Shown: piece after piece, positions 13,117 to 26,656 of the stretch
Layout of the letters: each line of letters begins with the position of its first letter
Numbering within the stretch: the stretch's first letter is position 1
Assembly (NCBI GenBank): GCA_030704615.1
Contig: CM060731.1
Coordinates: 89,218,001 to 89,282,000, forward strand
Length of the DNA stretch: 64,000 nt
DNA from: Takakia lepidozioides
Taxonomy: Eukaryota > Plantae > Bryophyta
Reading direction: 5' to 3'
Program-made: the position numbers and the translations under genes
Notes under the pieces: generated by a model
What the model saw: only the letters and a program-made list of their open reading frames with translations
Database searches by the model: none
What the model was told of the DNA's origin: nothing

Positions 13117-13489
13117 GCTGTCATTTCACTTGCCGGCCACTTTTCTGACGTTAACCCGCGTCCACCTGTCACTAACCCTATGGACTGTGCAACCCGCGTA
13201 GGCTGTGTTGGGCTATGACAGGCTGTGTCAAACTGTGGTAAACTGTGATAGGCTGTGTGATGCTGTGATGGGCTTTGATAGGCTGTGTGATGTTGTGTGA
13301 TGTTGTGACGGGTTGTGATAAGCTGTGTGATGTTGTGATGGGCTGTGATAACTATGCGTACACCCGTGTTCTCCGCTCAGGCCATACACATTCGGCTTTA
13401 CGACAAGTGCTTCATGCTCCGTTGGTATTACCAGTGCAGCCCGTGACTGTTTCTGTGTTTCAACATGCAAATAATGCTGCAATGGTTTG

Positions 13490-14825
13490 TCATGGATACC
13501 ATTGTATCCCTTCAACTTATTGGCATTGACTCTTCCCAGCATCTCTTTGTTAATGGTTTGTAACATGACTGTGTTGTTATCATATATCTTCTGTATAACA
13601 TAAGGTCATTTCCATGGTGACTTAAGCTTAGAAGTTTTAATCTTTCCCTTCTTCTGCAACCACAGAACCAAATCACCCGTCTTAAAAGTTTTTAGTTTAC
13701 CTTCATCAAATTGATCCTTCCTCTTCATCTGAATTCTGGTCATGTTATCTGCTGCATCAGCATGTACTTCTTCCACATGATATAATTCATGTTTCCTGAC
13801 TTTAGTTGAATCTTCAATTCCATTCCCTTCCCCATTCAGTTCTCATGGTAGGTAACAAGAATTCCACTGGAAGTAAAGCTTCCATACCATAAACCTATTG
13901 GAATGGTGTATACTTGGTTGTGACTTTATATGAAGTTTTGTATGACCACAAAGCTGTCAGAAGCTTTGTATCCCAATCTGTTCTGTTTGCATTGACTATC
14001 TTAGCCAAGATAGTGCATAGTATTTTGTTTGTGGCCTCTACCTGCCCATTACCCTGTGGGTAGTAGGTTGTACACTTCATGTGCACAATCATGAACTCTT
14101 TAGTCAATAGTTCTATAGTCTCGTTAATGAAGTGACTTCCCTGGTCACTAATAAATTCCAGGGGACAGCCAAATCTTGTAAATATGTTCTCATACAGGAA
14201 CCTTGTTGTGGACTGGTGTCCACCATGAGTAAGGTAGTATCTAATTGGCCACTGCCAATCTAACCAATCATCTGCACTTCCTTGCACCTCCACTTCAAAT
14301 AGACTCGTATCAGGTAGTTGGTCGTCTACTCCCGTGGCGGCCTCTCCTGTTGATAGGCGTGACAAGTGATCTGCCACAAGATGCAAACGGCCAGGCTTGT
14401 AAACAACTTTGAATTCAAACTCGTGCAAGATTATTAACCATCTTGCTATCCTGCCACTTATCAAATGCTTGTTCACCAGATAAATCAAAGCCTGATGATC
14501 CACATAGAACATAAACTTCCTTCCCAATAGGTAATGTCTGAATTTCTTGACTGCATAAATCATTGCCAATGCTTCTCTTTCAGTGGTGCTATAGTTCCTT
14601 TCAGCACTGTTCAATAACCCGCTAGCATAGTACACAGGTGAATCTATATTTCCTGTGATATTTTGGGCTAACACAGCTCCCAATGCTTCTCCTGAGGCAT
14701 CACAGTGTACATGAAATACTATGTGCCAGTGAGGGTTAATCAACACAGGTATAGTTGTTACTAACAATGTAAGTTCCTCAAAAGCCTGTTGACATTCAGC
14801 TGTCCATGTAAACACTGCATCGGGT
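13490..14825 (-). pseudogene. Ty3/gypsy RNase H plus internally deleted integrase
   Basis: FHVHCDAS...AERNYSTTEREALA...DHQAL (RNase H); FGCPLEFISDQGSHF...YYPQGNGQVE (integrase); HHCC and first Asp missing at ~14225. Confidence 0.9.
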
Positions 14826-14829
14826 GAAT

Positions 14830-15355
14830 GCAAGGTTGACTGGACCAAAATGGACGTTACCAGCACAGTTTTAGATGACTGCAATTGATGGTGTCATCAA
14901 TTGAAATTTAATTAATTCATTAAAACCAGAAAATATGTATGTCATTGGATTCCTGGCTTCAATACCCACCCATAGCAACTCTTCAATCATGAATCCGATA
15001 AGAAATGACTCCGCTATGGACTTTTGAACACCTTCATTGTGGACTGTTACCGCAATGAATGGAATTACAATGGACTCAAGTTCTCCTATGTGCCATTGGT
15101 GAATTCCATTGAAATTTGGACATAAGGTGGCCATTTTGGTCCACATCATAGGTTTGGATTTGAAGTGGCAAAATCATTTGTTATTTGACTCATATGGACT
15201 AATATATGTCAAAACAATAGGCGTTTTTTGAAAAGTCCATAGCTCATCTTGTTTTTTGGATTTTGGGTGTCATTTTTTTTCTAGAAGTATAAAAACCTAT
15301 AATCTTCAATGGCTAGGTGTCATATTGAATTTTTTTGTAAACTCTAATTCCCCTG
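14830..15355. other. Unrelated AT-rich insert replacing the RT thumb/connection region
   Basis: RT homology stops at LNWKK(C) ~15360 and resumes at DAVFTWTAECQQAF ~14825; intervening sequence is not retroelement-like. Confidence 0.55.
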
Positions 15356-15358
15356 AGT

Positions 15359-16440
15359 TCACACAGAAAGTACATTTTTCCAATTCAGTCTGAGACCTCT
15401 CATCCTGCATCTGGCCAAGCATAACTCCAACTTCTGCAAGTGCTCATTCTTAGAGCTGTACACACTGAAGTCATCTAAGAACACTTGCATGAAATCATCC
15501 AGATACTTATGGAAGGATTCACTTATCACTCTCTGAAAAGTTGCTGGTGCATTACAGAGTCCAAAAGGCATGACTTTGTATGCATAAGCACCCCAGTCTG
15601 TGATGAAAGCTGTCTTTCCCTGGTCTTCTTCTGCCACTTGCACTTGGTTATACCCACTGAAGCCATCCATGAATGAGTACATCTCATGGCCTGCCACAGT
15701 GTCCAGTACCGCTTCTGTGAATGGCAAATGAAATGGATCTTTCTTTGTACAAGCATTCAATTTTTTATAGTTCACACAAACTCTCAGCTTGCCATTCTTC
15801 TTGGGAACTATCATAATGGGTGACAACCAAGTTGTATACTCTATTGGGTATATGAACTTAGCCTCAGCCAACTTCTTGATCTCTTCCCCAACCTTCTGTG
15901 CATAGTTGGGATTCATCCTGTACCTTGTCTGTTTGATTGGTACTGACCCTTGTTCTAGTTCAATCTTATGCTGGCAAATCTCAAGGGGTATCTTTTTCAG
16001 ATCCTCATAGCTCCATGCAAATACATCTTTGTATTTGATAAACAGACTCTTAGCCTCCTCAAAGAATTCTGGCTCCAAGTCAGTCCCTACTTTCACCATT
16101 CTGGGTTCCTCTTCAGTTCCCACATTCACGTCTCTCACCTGCTCTTCAGCTGTGATTGTCCATCCAGTTACTACTTCATCCTGTAAACTCATAGTGGCTG
16201 GTTCTTCTAGGATTTCCATTTCTCCCTCTTTTTCCTCATAAAAATGTGGTGGGTAGCTACTTGTTTCCCCCTCAATTGGTGTTGTTGTCACTGCACCACA
16301 ACAGATACCTTTTAAACAACTCAGGCCTCCCAGTTGCATTCTGCAACCTGCTCCCACTCTGGGTGCGCATTAAACAGGGTAGCTTCCTGCTCCTCATCAA
16401 GTCCTCCCCTCTAGTCATACTCTCTGACTCCACGAGGTCC
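15359..16440 (-). pseudogene. Ty3/gypsy reverse transcriptase
   Basis: WLSPIMIVPKKNGKLRVCV...DGFSGYNQV...MPFGLCNAPATFQR...FLDDF. Confidence 0.95.
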
Positions 16441-18061
16441 TCTGGTAGCAGGTAGCATCTCATTCTGGTGTCTGATCCAGAATGGACAGGCTGCCTTGCG
16501 ATGTCCTGCCTGATTACAATAGTAACACAATTCTTCCCCATTAGGTCCTCGCCCTTGGTCTGCTCTGAGATTATTTCTATAATCCTGATTCCCTGGCTGG
16601 TAATTCCCCCTTGGATTACCCTGATAGTTGCCTCTGGGATTGCCTTGGTAATTCCCTCTTGGATTACTTCTTCCTGCCATACCATTGTTATATCCACCAA
16701 GCCTTCCATATTGGTCCTGATCATTGTTTCTTCTTGGCTGGGGCTGCACTTGATGCACCCTTACTTGCCTAGGTTCTCTTGCAGCTGTCATTCTGTTGTA
16801 ATAACAATTCTCAGTAGAATGGTTATCCATTTTACAGATAGTACAGTGTTTCTCCTTCATGTGGCATTCAGCTGTGGTATGGCCTTCATTCTGGCATTTT
16901 GCACACCAAACACCCTTCCTCCAATGTATTGCAGCCTCTGTGGCATACTTCTTCAAGATTTCCTCCAGTCTTTTCTCATAGTTTTCCCTCTTCAACTTCT
17001 CCTTTTTCTTACTCTTCCTCTTGAGCTCTTGCTCTTCTTCCTCATCTGACTCATCCTTAGAGTCCTCATCATCCTTTTTAACTCCATCTTTTCCATGTAC
17101 TCCTCAACAGTTTCATGCTTCTTTTGCCTTAACTGTTGTAAACTTCCATACACTTCATCCTCAGTTTTGCTTGTCCTGAACCTGTTTCGGAATGCCGTAC
17201 TAAGGCCATTCGAGGTTAGGAAATGATTATCTGGAAATCTTGCATACCATTCACTTGCTTTCTTGATAAGTGAACAAGGAAACAGTCTCATCTTGGCATC
17301 ATCGCCATTCTCATTGTTCACAATACACATGTGCTCAAATTGGCTAATGTGTACATCAGGATCCCCTTTCCCTGCATATATTGGAAAAGGTGGTTTTGCC
17401 CGTGTTGGAGGTACTGCCATCTATGGCCCTACACCCTGCCCTCTGGCAGGTGCTGGTCCTCTTGTTGGTGCTGGTCTTTGAGGACCTGTTGTTGTAGTGG
17501 TGGAACTCCCACCAAGTGTTGGCCCCTGAGCACTCCCTGCTACTGGCCCCTCTATACTCATAGTATTCCCAGCTCCAGTTGCACTACTTCCCACACTCCC
17601 TGTCCCCCCAGAGCCAGATCCAAGCTTCCCGCCTGATCCCCCTGAGCCGACACCTTCGTTGGCCTGTGATTCGAGTGCTCCACTTGATCCAGGTCCAACG
17701 GGTTGGGATGTCCTGGTTGTAGTCTCAACCTCAACTGTTGGGTCTACTTCTTCATACTCCTCATCTTCCAAATTCTTCTCTCTGTTTTCATCTTCCAAGT
17801 TCTTTTCTTGGATTTCTTCTTGCTCACTCATGTAACTCAACTGGAGTGGTGTGGGAGAGTCTGAACTCTCCGTTGGTTCTGCCACATCTTCCTCTCCCTC
17901 TTTATCTTGTAATTCAGGAACTGGAGTTCCTGCCTTTGGTGTCCCATGCCAACTCTTATCAAAGATTTCTGTCAAATCCTTGATCCAGGGATGTACCTCA
18001 GATCTCTCCCCTCGTGGTTGATCTTCTTCCTGTACCAGATCCCTTAATCTTTCTTGTAAAA
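16441..18061 (-). pseudogene. Ty3/gypsy gag (Retrotrans_gag domain and three CCHC knuckles)
   Basis: YAGKGDPDVHISQFE...LFPCSL..KASEWY; CAKCQNEGHTTAEC, CTICKMDNHSTENC, CYYCNQAGHRKAAC; GNYQGNPR repeats. Confidence 0.9.
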
Positions 18062-18990
18062 AGGACGAAGCCAGACCAGGTCATGTTCATTTGTGTTTGT
18101 AATATGCATATGCGAGCCTAGAAGCCCTGGGAAGGGGCCAAGAGGTTCATGGTGACATCATCAAAGCTGGAATTGTACCTAATGTCATTCTGAACATTCC
18201 CTTGGTGTACATGTATGTCAAATGCGAGCCTGGTAGCCTTGGAAAGTACGCAACGGTCCATGGTGACATTGTCAAAGCTGGAATTGTACCACTAGATGTC
18301 TCTAAACACTGCCTTGGTGGATATGTATATCAAATGCAAGCCTGGCAGCCCTGAAAAATGGTGCAGAGGTCCACGGTAATATCGTCAAAGCTAGTATTGT
18401 ATCTGATGTGATTCTGAATGTTGCCGTAGTGGACATGTATGCCAAGTTTGGGTACAACTACAAGGATACAAATGGCATGCAGTTTGATAATATGGTTGAA
18501 TGAGATGTGGTATCAGCCTAGCCCATAATTGCACTTAACTAGAGTAGGCAATGAGTGAAGACGGGGTTCGTGGTGACATCGTCCAAGCTGGAATTGAATT
18601 GATGTCGTTCTGAAATATGCCCTTGTGGTGAGGGCGTGCAGAGCAGGAGCGCGGGATGGGGCTTTGGAGACCTGAAAGCAAATGATGGGGGAAGGGGTAA
18701 AGCTCGACCACATCATGTTTGTGTGCGTTTGCAGTGCGTGTGCAAGCCTGGCAGCCCTGGAAAGCACATGCAAAGAGGTACATGGTTGCATCACCAAAGC
18801 TGGAATTGTACCAGATGTGATTCTGAACAATACCCTCGTGGGCATGGATAGCTGAAGGAGCAGGGATAGAGTGTGGGCGCAGATTCATCCAAGAGGGCCG
18901 GATTTTCAAGCTCCAGATTACCTATAATTCATTGTGGAAGGATAGCTAGAAGAAACCTGCATGGGTAGATGGTCAACTGGAAGCCGCAGC
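18062..18990 (+). pseudogene. Degenerate PLS-class PPR repeats followed by an OSB-type PDF motif
   Basis: KPDQVMFICVC..., VHGDIIKAGIVP.VILN.ALVDMYAK repeats; HPRGPDFK..T..SLW.DS..KPAWVDGQL. Confidence 0.75.
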
Positions 18991-19708
18991 AGCAGTGGTG
19001 AAGGTAGTGGATTGCTGAAGTTTGAGAGATGTCAGTGTATGCATCTTCTGCTCAGGCATTTGGAAGTCTACATAGACTTTGCAGCTTTTTGCATTTTTGT
19101 AGCAGCACCGGATTAGATTATGGAACGGATCTTTGAACATTAAGTCACGTTGTATTTGAATCGATGTTCCAATTTCAAATGTGCTTTCATGTTTCAATGG
19201 TGTTTTCGTGTGCTTTCAATGGTACTTTCATGTTTCAATGCTGCTAGAGTTAGGCCCATGACTACGGTCATGTACACGACTATCTCCAACCACAGAGCCT
19301 CCGCCACGTGCCACTTTCACCCCTCATGTTCGCCCATACTCGTGCCACGTGCAATATCTAGAGTGCGCCATGGAAGTCATATGCTCCAGTCATAACAACC
19401 ACCCCCATCCTGCATAATTTGATTCCACGTGTCATGTCCAGTCTTCTCCACGTGTTGTCCTGGGGTTAATCTGCGAAGTCATCTGACATGGATTTGCAGT
19501 CATTTACTACGGTCTTATCAATGACTATGATTAGGCGTCCCCGTTGCCACGTCAACAGTGAGCTCCACGACTGACAGATACGACTCTATGGCGCTTACGA
19601 CTCATTTGTCACAACTGACTGGGTTTATCTGACTGGGCAGTCATGCAGTCATAAAAGGCTAATACGACTAGAAAATAACAGACGTAAAAGTCGGAGTCTG
19701 TTGCAGTG
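18062..19708. mobile_element. Pack-CACTA arm 1 (captured PPR and PDF-motif fragments)
   Basis: Ends ...AAAGTCGGAGTCTGTTGCAGTG (rc CACTGCAACAGACTCCGAC) at 19708; ACGTG/GTCAT subterminal repeats at 19250-19700. Confidence 0.8.
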
Positions 19709-21245
19709 CTCCACAACTACCCCCCACGCACCCCCACCTCACCCCCTCAAAATCCAACTTATAACCCACTGCCCACATGGACGATATCACCAGAGACCCC
19801 TTGCATCCAAACACTCATCTCACCATCCACCATCCCACTTTAAGTCCTATCTACTTGCCTATGAAATGCTTACACTACTTCGCTGCGGCGACATTCACCC
19901 AAACCCAGGCCCCTATACCATCACTAGCATCATCAACAAGCTTCCAAAGGATCATAAAGACAGATATGAATTATATTTCCAAACAGACACTGTCACGCTC
20001 GTGCCTGCATATCAACACCTTATATTAGTGACCACTTCTCTCCCTTTCTCCCTAACCCTCCTACCAATAATTGTAAACCCATGCACCCAATTGCCACCTT
20101 TGGGCTCCCTACCTGCGAACACCCATCCCTAGTCACTGCCACCCATAAACTTAGCACATACCCCCCACAACACCTACTACTCTCACTAATCGTTGTCATC
20201 TGTCCAATCCCCTCAATATACAATGACTACTTTAGAACCCAACCAGACATACACATATGTTTGCTACTACAACAACTGCATTAGCTACCCACACTACCTC
20301 ACAGATACCTAGCACCCCCACACTACCTACACAATCTCCACGAATCCCTTGACCTACTACAAGCCAAGCCCGGAGTAGTTCACAAGATTCTTGGCAAACA
20401 CCTAGCGCACCCAGCTGCTATCATACACGAGCTAGATACTCTCAGCAACAAATTCCCATTCCTTTCCAAAAATATTCTCACTGCAACCCTCCACGCCAAG
20501 ACAGGCATCCCTGGATATCAACCCCCTCCCATGATACCGCCACCAATCATCACACCTTGCTTGCCTAGCCACACCAATGACCCACCTCCAACACCCCCTA
20601 GACCCAACAGTCCCCCACACGCCCCCTCCTCCCAGCAAGCACATGCACTCAACATACTCACCTGGAATGTAGGGTCATTTGCTACCAGCATTCAAAGTCT
20701 TATCCATCTAATGGACTCTACACCTCCGCATATCATTCTATTACAAGAAACTAAACTCAACACACACGGCCCTAACAACTCCTACATCAACAATCTCCTT
20801 CCAGCCTACTATTTGCTATATGGCAGTTTCTTCACAGCCGCACAATGCCTACTTAGACGCTCCGCGCCATATCATCCCACTCGGGGCGGAGTGGCTTTTG
20901 GTATCCTTCGCACACATCACTCCCCTAGCACCACGGGCAAAATACCTGTTTCTCTCTCCCTCCGATCACACCTTCAAATCATCAAGCTACACCTCCCCGC
21001 TATCCCTCCCATTATTCTTATCCACTTGTACATGCCCTCACATGCCGAAGATCTCCCCATGATCCCTGATATCCTACTCACCATCTCTAACACACTCACA
21101 CAACCCTCCAACCAATCCCAGCACTACATCCTAGCAAGCGATTTCAACAGGGACATTGCCCTCATGGGCCACACATACAATGGTGTTCACAAACCTCTAT
21201 CCCCCGTTGACCATGAATGGGAAAAGTTCACTCACTCACACCACC
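19709..21245 (+). pseudogene. LINE N-terminal region: 2A-like peptide and first part of AP endonuclease
   Basis: LLRCGDIHPNPGP (~19875-19913); LNILTWNVGS, IILLQETK, LYMPS, ASDFN motifs in 20531..21280. Confidence 0.85.
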
Positions 21246-21612
21246 AACAACATTCTAAACCATCCAAAAGAGCCCATTAGTTTCTGTTATCTGACCCAAA
21301 AATTAGGTATTTCCAATACATTTTGCAACTCAAAAAATGCCACGACATACTTGCGTTTTGTGGTTTACCTCGTTTCTATACCCTGATTTTCAAATGGAAT
21401 ATTTTGCTAAGGTAATATTTTCAGCATTACGACATCCAATTGAGACTTGAGACAAAAAATCACAATCGGGAATCTCTGAGTTTCCTGCAACCACGCGCGA
21501 TCGCGCGAGGTTACTTTGTGAAAGTTGTGTCGACAATGTAAATGATATATGTAATGATTACTAGGAAGCCAAAACCAATAAGACAGAGGACCAAGTGAAG
21601 GAGATACTTATT

Positions 21613-22555
21613 ACCTTTGCTAGATTTACCCTCCGATTCTGAGGCGGGTTACCACTGGAGGCAGGTGAATGTTGAAGGGATAACAGAACGCCAGATGCTG
21701 TTTTTTCATCATCGGACACGACGGCCGCTGACTGCTGTGATCTGCAACGTTTCCTTGACACATGACCATTCGGAATTCTGGGGGGTTGGGGATGTGCAGA
21801 AATATTTGCCGGTTTGGTCGGTGTGCTAACCTCAGTCGGTGAATGAGTGAGTTCAATAACCTTCTCGCTAACGGTTGGCAATGGAATTGGGTTTCTTTCT
21901 TTCTGCACATCCTGAACCGAATTCAAACGGGTAAAAAAATAAATAAATAAATAAATAAAAAACCTTGGAATACAACCCCACAGAAGTTGCCGCTTCACAG
22001 GAAGGTCATTCGTTGCAGCTTTTCTGGCCTGGAGTAAAGAGAGAAAATCAGAGGATGAACAGAAACACGGTAACAATAAAACGCATAGATGAAATAGAAA
22101 TAAATCACCTGACTTCTCAGTAGCTGAGGTGTCTAGCCCTCGTGATCCGGTGACTCGCTTGGAATTACGACATGATGAGGAGGCAGTTGAGCGATAGTTG
22201 CAACCAATTGTTTGGTAGACTCATGTAGATGCCCCGTGACGGCGTCTGGTGGAAAGTGTTTGGAGAAGGACGACTCCAAGGAGGATTCCCCAAGATATTG
22301 AGAGTCGCTCTCCACTATGCAGCCAACCCCAGTTAAATCATTGACCCTGCTAACTGTGGATTCACCTTTTGACATTTTGAGCCTCAAAACACTCTCCATA
22401 ACAGCAATGGATGCCTGAGTAGACAACAAGTTGTCAGGTCCTTGGAAAGCTTCTGGCCTGATTATTTCTACATCGTCAACAATATCAGACGATATTGTTT
22501 CGCCAATTGGAGATGCATTTGTGGCATGGAAAGCATATTGATATGGGCATACCTG
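21613..22555 (-). pseudogene. Spliced low-complexity cargo exons (unknown function)
   Basis: ORFs 22133..22558 and 21561..22076 flanked by GT/AG sites; the frame appears to lead into the NIF domain now at 42595. Confidence 0.4.
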
Positions 22556-22786
22556 CAAATGAAATATATGTCAACAAAGTTGAGTTGGAAGAACGCGTGA
22601 CCACGCGTGGTTCCGAAAAGAAATCGACAGACATAAAGCAACAACGAATCCATTGACCGTTACATATGGTTTGGCAATATAACAATTTACATGCAAAGCA
22701 AAAGAATATCAGAAGAAGACTGAAATTCCATGGTCTTCACAATCAATTTTAAATAGTAAATTGTGTCCACAGTAGGACGCAAATAT

Positions 22787-23170
22787 TTACTTATCATTTA
22801 CTCGGAAATCACGATATTGTGAATTGTCAATATAGTCAAGAAGAGGCTTGAATTGTGGATCGTTAACTTTGAAAGGTGGAAATCCTATTTTCCTTGCTTT
22901 CAAGAAGCTTGAGACGTTCTCAAATTTCAAGAAGTTAAGCAAGAAATCTCTAAGTTTGAGAAGGAAGAAATCGTCGACATCGATGTTCTCAAAAGTCTTG
23001 AGAAGAAGACAAGATTTAGGAGGGTTTAGCAAACACTTCAAAGCCGTATCATCAATCAGCAGAGTGTTACTCTGATTGTAAAAACCTTCAAAACTCTGCC
23101 ATACTTTAAGGAGTGGTTTCAAGAACACAGGAGGTTGATCTTGTCCCGTTCGGTAATTTGGGTGCAGATT
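22787..23170 (-). pseudogene. FCP1/NIF (HAD) phosphatase-like domain, C-terminal half
   Basis: PVFLKPLLKVW...YNQSNTLLIDDTALKCLLNP matches the NIF K.L..VW...NT.LIDD.P.K...NP signature. Confidence 0.75.
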
Positions 23171-23199
23171 GCTTAGTTGTCTCGGGATTGTCTCCTTCA

Positions 23200-26100
23200 C
23201 GGGTATTTGTCTGGGCCTGTGGATGGTGGCTTTCTTTTGGTACTACCCTCCCTGCTTGTTAAGCTGGTGGATTTATGCCTTGCTCAAATTTTTTTGTCTC
23301 CTCTTCCAAGAAATTGTTGACGGCATCATCGTGTTGGTAGTCGCCCTTGCCTTCCTCACCTCCCTCATGTCCTTCATTTTTCTCCAATGTTTTGTTTCCG
23401 TCACCTTCTTCCTGGTTTTGCTCTGTCTCTAGATCTCTTTGTCCGTCGTCTTCATCGTCATCGTCATCGTCATCATCGTTGTCATTTCCTTTGCCATTGT
23501 GCCTGTGGGTCTCCTACCCTCCCAATGTGTCATCACCAACCTCGGTTCCGTCCTCATTCTCCATGTGAAGGAGTGAGTAGTTAGCGGCAACCTTGTTTGC
23601 GCAGAATTTCTTTTTCAAGTTGTGATTTATATCAAGGACACGGACGTTCCTAGCCTGCAAAAGATGCCAACCATTGAGTAAACAGGATGAACGCGTGATC
23701 GCGCGAGGTTCCAAAGATGTGTTTCGGAAATGAAAATGGAAATGGAAATGGAAATCAAAGGGAAATGGAAATCAAATGCTTACGTGGAGAGCTGATGTTA
23801 ACATTACACCTGCAAAAACGTTGACAACCGCCATCCCTTCGCCACAGAACAAGGACGCAATGTAGTCGCTCGACTCTGCCCGCAACTCGTGTTCATAAGC
23901 GGCACAATCTTTCTCGTGTTCCGTGAGCTCAGTGTCCGGAGCCTTAATCACTAGTTTAATGGGGCTGAACATCAGCACTCCTTGCAAGTGCTCCTCGTGG
24001 TTCTCAATCTGGGCAGCTGTAGCAGGAAATACGTAATCAAGGCACATGAGTGGTATTGAAAATGACTTTGGCCGGCTCATGTAAGGATTGTCGAACTCTC
24101 CAGGAAGATACAACCCCTGAAGCAGAATATACTTGTCTCACCCCTTGTCAAACCTTATGTACGAAACCAGATTGGAAGAGGACCTCTGCGTCGAGAAGAA
24201 AACAAATGCATTGGGGCTTAGCTGCTGTTCGAAGAACGCATCAAAAATATTCTTGTAATTTCTTTGCATGAAAACAGTTGAATCATCGTCGCAGACTGTG
24301 TTGACGAACACCATTGCGATATTATCGAAATCCCTCTTTCTCACAATTTTCAACTGTGTTTTGGCATCCGTGAACCTCCGCTTCCCTCCAATGCACTGGT
24401 AATGTGACTTGAATGTATCCTTGAGGTTGTCCATTTCCTTCTCCATGTCTTCAACCTTTTTCTTGCATGAAAGCACGTATTTGATGAAAGCGTCATTCAC
24501 TTTCTCGGTCTTCATGTTCATGTTCACTTTGCTTTTCATGTATTTGGCCCCCAGTTTTGATCGGAATGTCTCGAACTCCGACTTGTTGAACTTGTATCTT
24601 TTCTTCACTTCGAGCCATTCTGCTTTTGTGTATGGCTCTGGATGCTGCTTGCTCCTGACATCAAATCCCAATACCACCATAACATCATCGATGATAAACC
24701 GTCTGTCCTTTATTCGATCGATGTAATCGGACAGGCAGAGAATCTTGGGGTCTTTTCCTTTGTAAGGACCACGAACGCAGATCTTCAAGTCCAAAATCTT
24801 CTGCGCAACCTTCTTCATTTGAAGGGGGTTCAATCCCTGGAGTTTGTAGACTGCAGATTTTGTTAGTTGTGATTGTACACCCTTGTGCTTCTTTCCGTTA
24901 ATGTCCAAGAGGTTTCCCTTCTCCCACTCTCTGAAAACCTCCTGCTACTTCTCCCAAACATCGTCATCGTAAAGGACCAAGGTCATGGCCTCCTTAACGC
25001 TAAGCATCTCCAATATAAGTTGTGAGGCTTGCAAAAATTCCTGGTCAACAGGAACAGCATGTCAGGCCAACACACAACAGGGACACACAGTTCTAGTGAA
25101 TGAACAACAAAAAATTAAACAATAAAGGAAGTCCGAATAATTACCTTCCACTGAACGGTTTCAGATTTGGAAACGTTATCGTTGAATTTCCTGGGCTTCC
25201 CCCTCAACTCATAGTACATCCTGGCGTGAACAACTTTCTCCGGGAATGTTGTATCGAATTTTTGGGCTTTATTTGGGTCGTTCAGGAGCTTAGAAATCTT
25301 CAGCAATTGATTATTCCTATTGACCAGAGGATAATTGATGGCCATTCAGCATAGTAGTCCCTCTGCTCCCGGTCAGTAATCTCCTCCACGAGTTCCTGAT
25401 TTGGAAAATGTTACATCGGCATGGAATTGAACTATAAAGGAGCACGCGCAATCGCGCGTGCTTGCTTATCATGCTATGCATCTCTACGAAACAAGTCGTC
25501 GATGCATCTGATATAATCATCCAGTAGAAGCACGCGCGATCGCGCGAGAAGGATATTGAGGAAATGCAAAGAAATATCCGAAAGATAATTCTCATTGAAG
25601 CAGAGAAGAATATATAAGAACGCGCGATCGCGCGAGGTAAATGTTGATGTACTATACCTTTGCAGCCATAATTGTGTGTTGGCCTCCAATGACGAAGAAT
25701 TTTGAATTGTTAATATCCTTCTGATGCCTTGGTTTCATCGCAGACACCTGGGTTGGCACCTGTTCGTTCCTCGGCGCCAGATAGACGGGATGTTTCGTAT
25801 CTAGAACCCGCAACTGGTACAGACGGGCTTTTACTTCATCTTTGTGATTAATATTCAGCGGACGATACACCATGCTTCTTGGAGCAAGTTCCATCCTTGA
25901 GATGTCAATTGAGATTATGTGGTTGAACCCAAAAGAAAACATGTCTTTGTAGTCATTCTGCAGACTTTGATTCATCGCCTCGCATTTCTTCTTGTCGAAA
26001 ATCTCGCCAAGTTTTGGCTTCTTGTTGTCATTCATAAATACAATATCGAGCTCTTCTTTCTTTTTCTTTTTGCCGGCTGGCTACTCCTCCTCATTCTCGA

Positions 26101-26656
26101 ATCCCACCATGGACTTCCGTTTCCCTTTACCCTTTGCCCCCTTCGCTGCCTCATCGTCTCGTTGTTTTTTGTTGATGTTTCCCTGCGCATGGAGTATATC
26201 TTGGAAAATGCTCCAAGCTCATACGAATCCCTGAGCAGTCAAGGCTGCACCACCTTCAGGGAAAGTGAATCCCATCTTTCCAGCTGGTTTCATCATTGTC
26301 TTGCGAACGCGACGAGATTCCAGAGAAAAGCCAAACGTCTTTTTCGCTCTACCATCCTCCAATATGAAAACCACCATCATTGGATTCTCCACGTCGGACT
26401 CCATCTCAACATCTTTAACGTATCCATGATTAAGCTCCTTCACCTCTACTCCAATCTTGAAGGAAAACTTCAGTTGGTGGTCAGGAGGTACACCCACAGG
26501 ATTTATTCCCCACTCGGATATCGCTTGGTTAAGAGTATACAAAGCTACGTGGTCTATACCAAAGTTTGGCTATTTTGTTGAGATGAACTCCCCACATATC
26601 TCCTTGCATACGCCAACCAGGCAATCCGCCGGTATGTTTGACTGACGACTGAACAT
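23200..26656 (-). pseudogene. Multi-exon ParB-like domain + degenerate beta-class N4/N6 DNA-methyltransferase fold + acidic tail
   Basis: ATG 26656; YRPLNINH...FFVIGGQHTIMAAK; introns 25396-25657, ~25041-25144 and 23655-23783; C-terminal IAMVFVNT..QLSPNAFVFF..YIASLFCGEGMAVVNVFAG..ALH|ARNVRVLD; several single-base stops. Confidence 0.55.

Noticed and set aside
24118-24141. Micro-intron in the ParB-MTase gene
   Set aside because: Sequence reads in frame through a single TGA (likely from CGA); no intron is needed.
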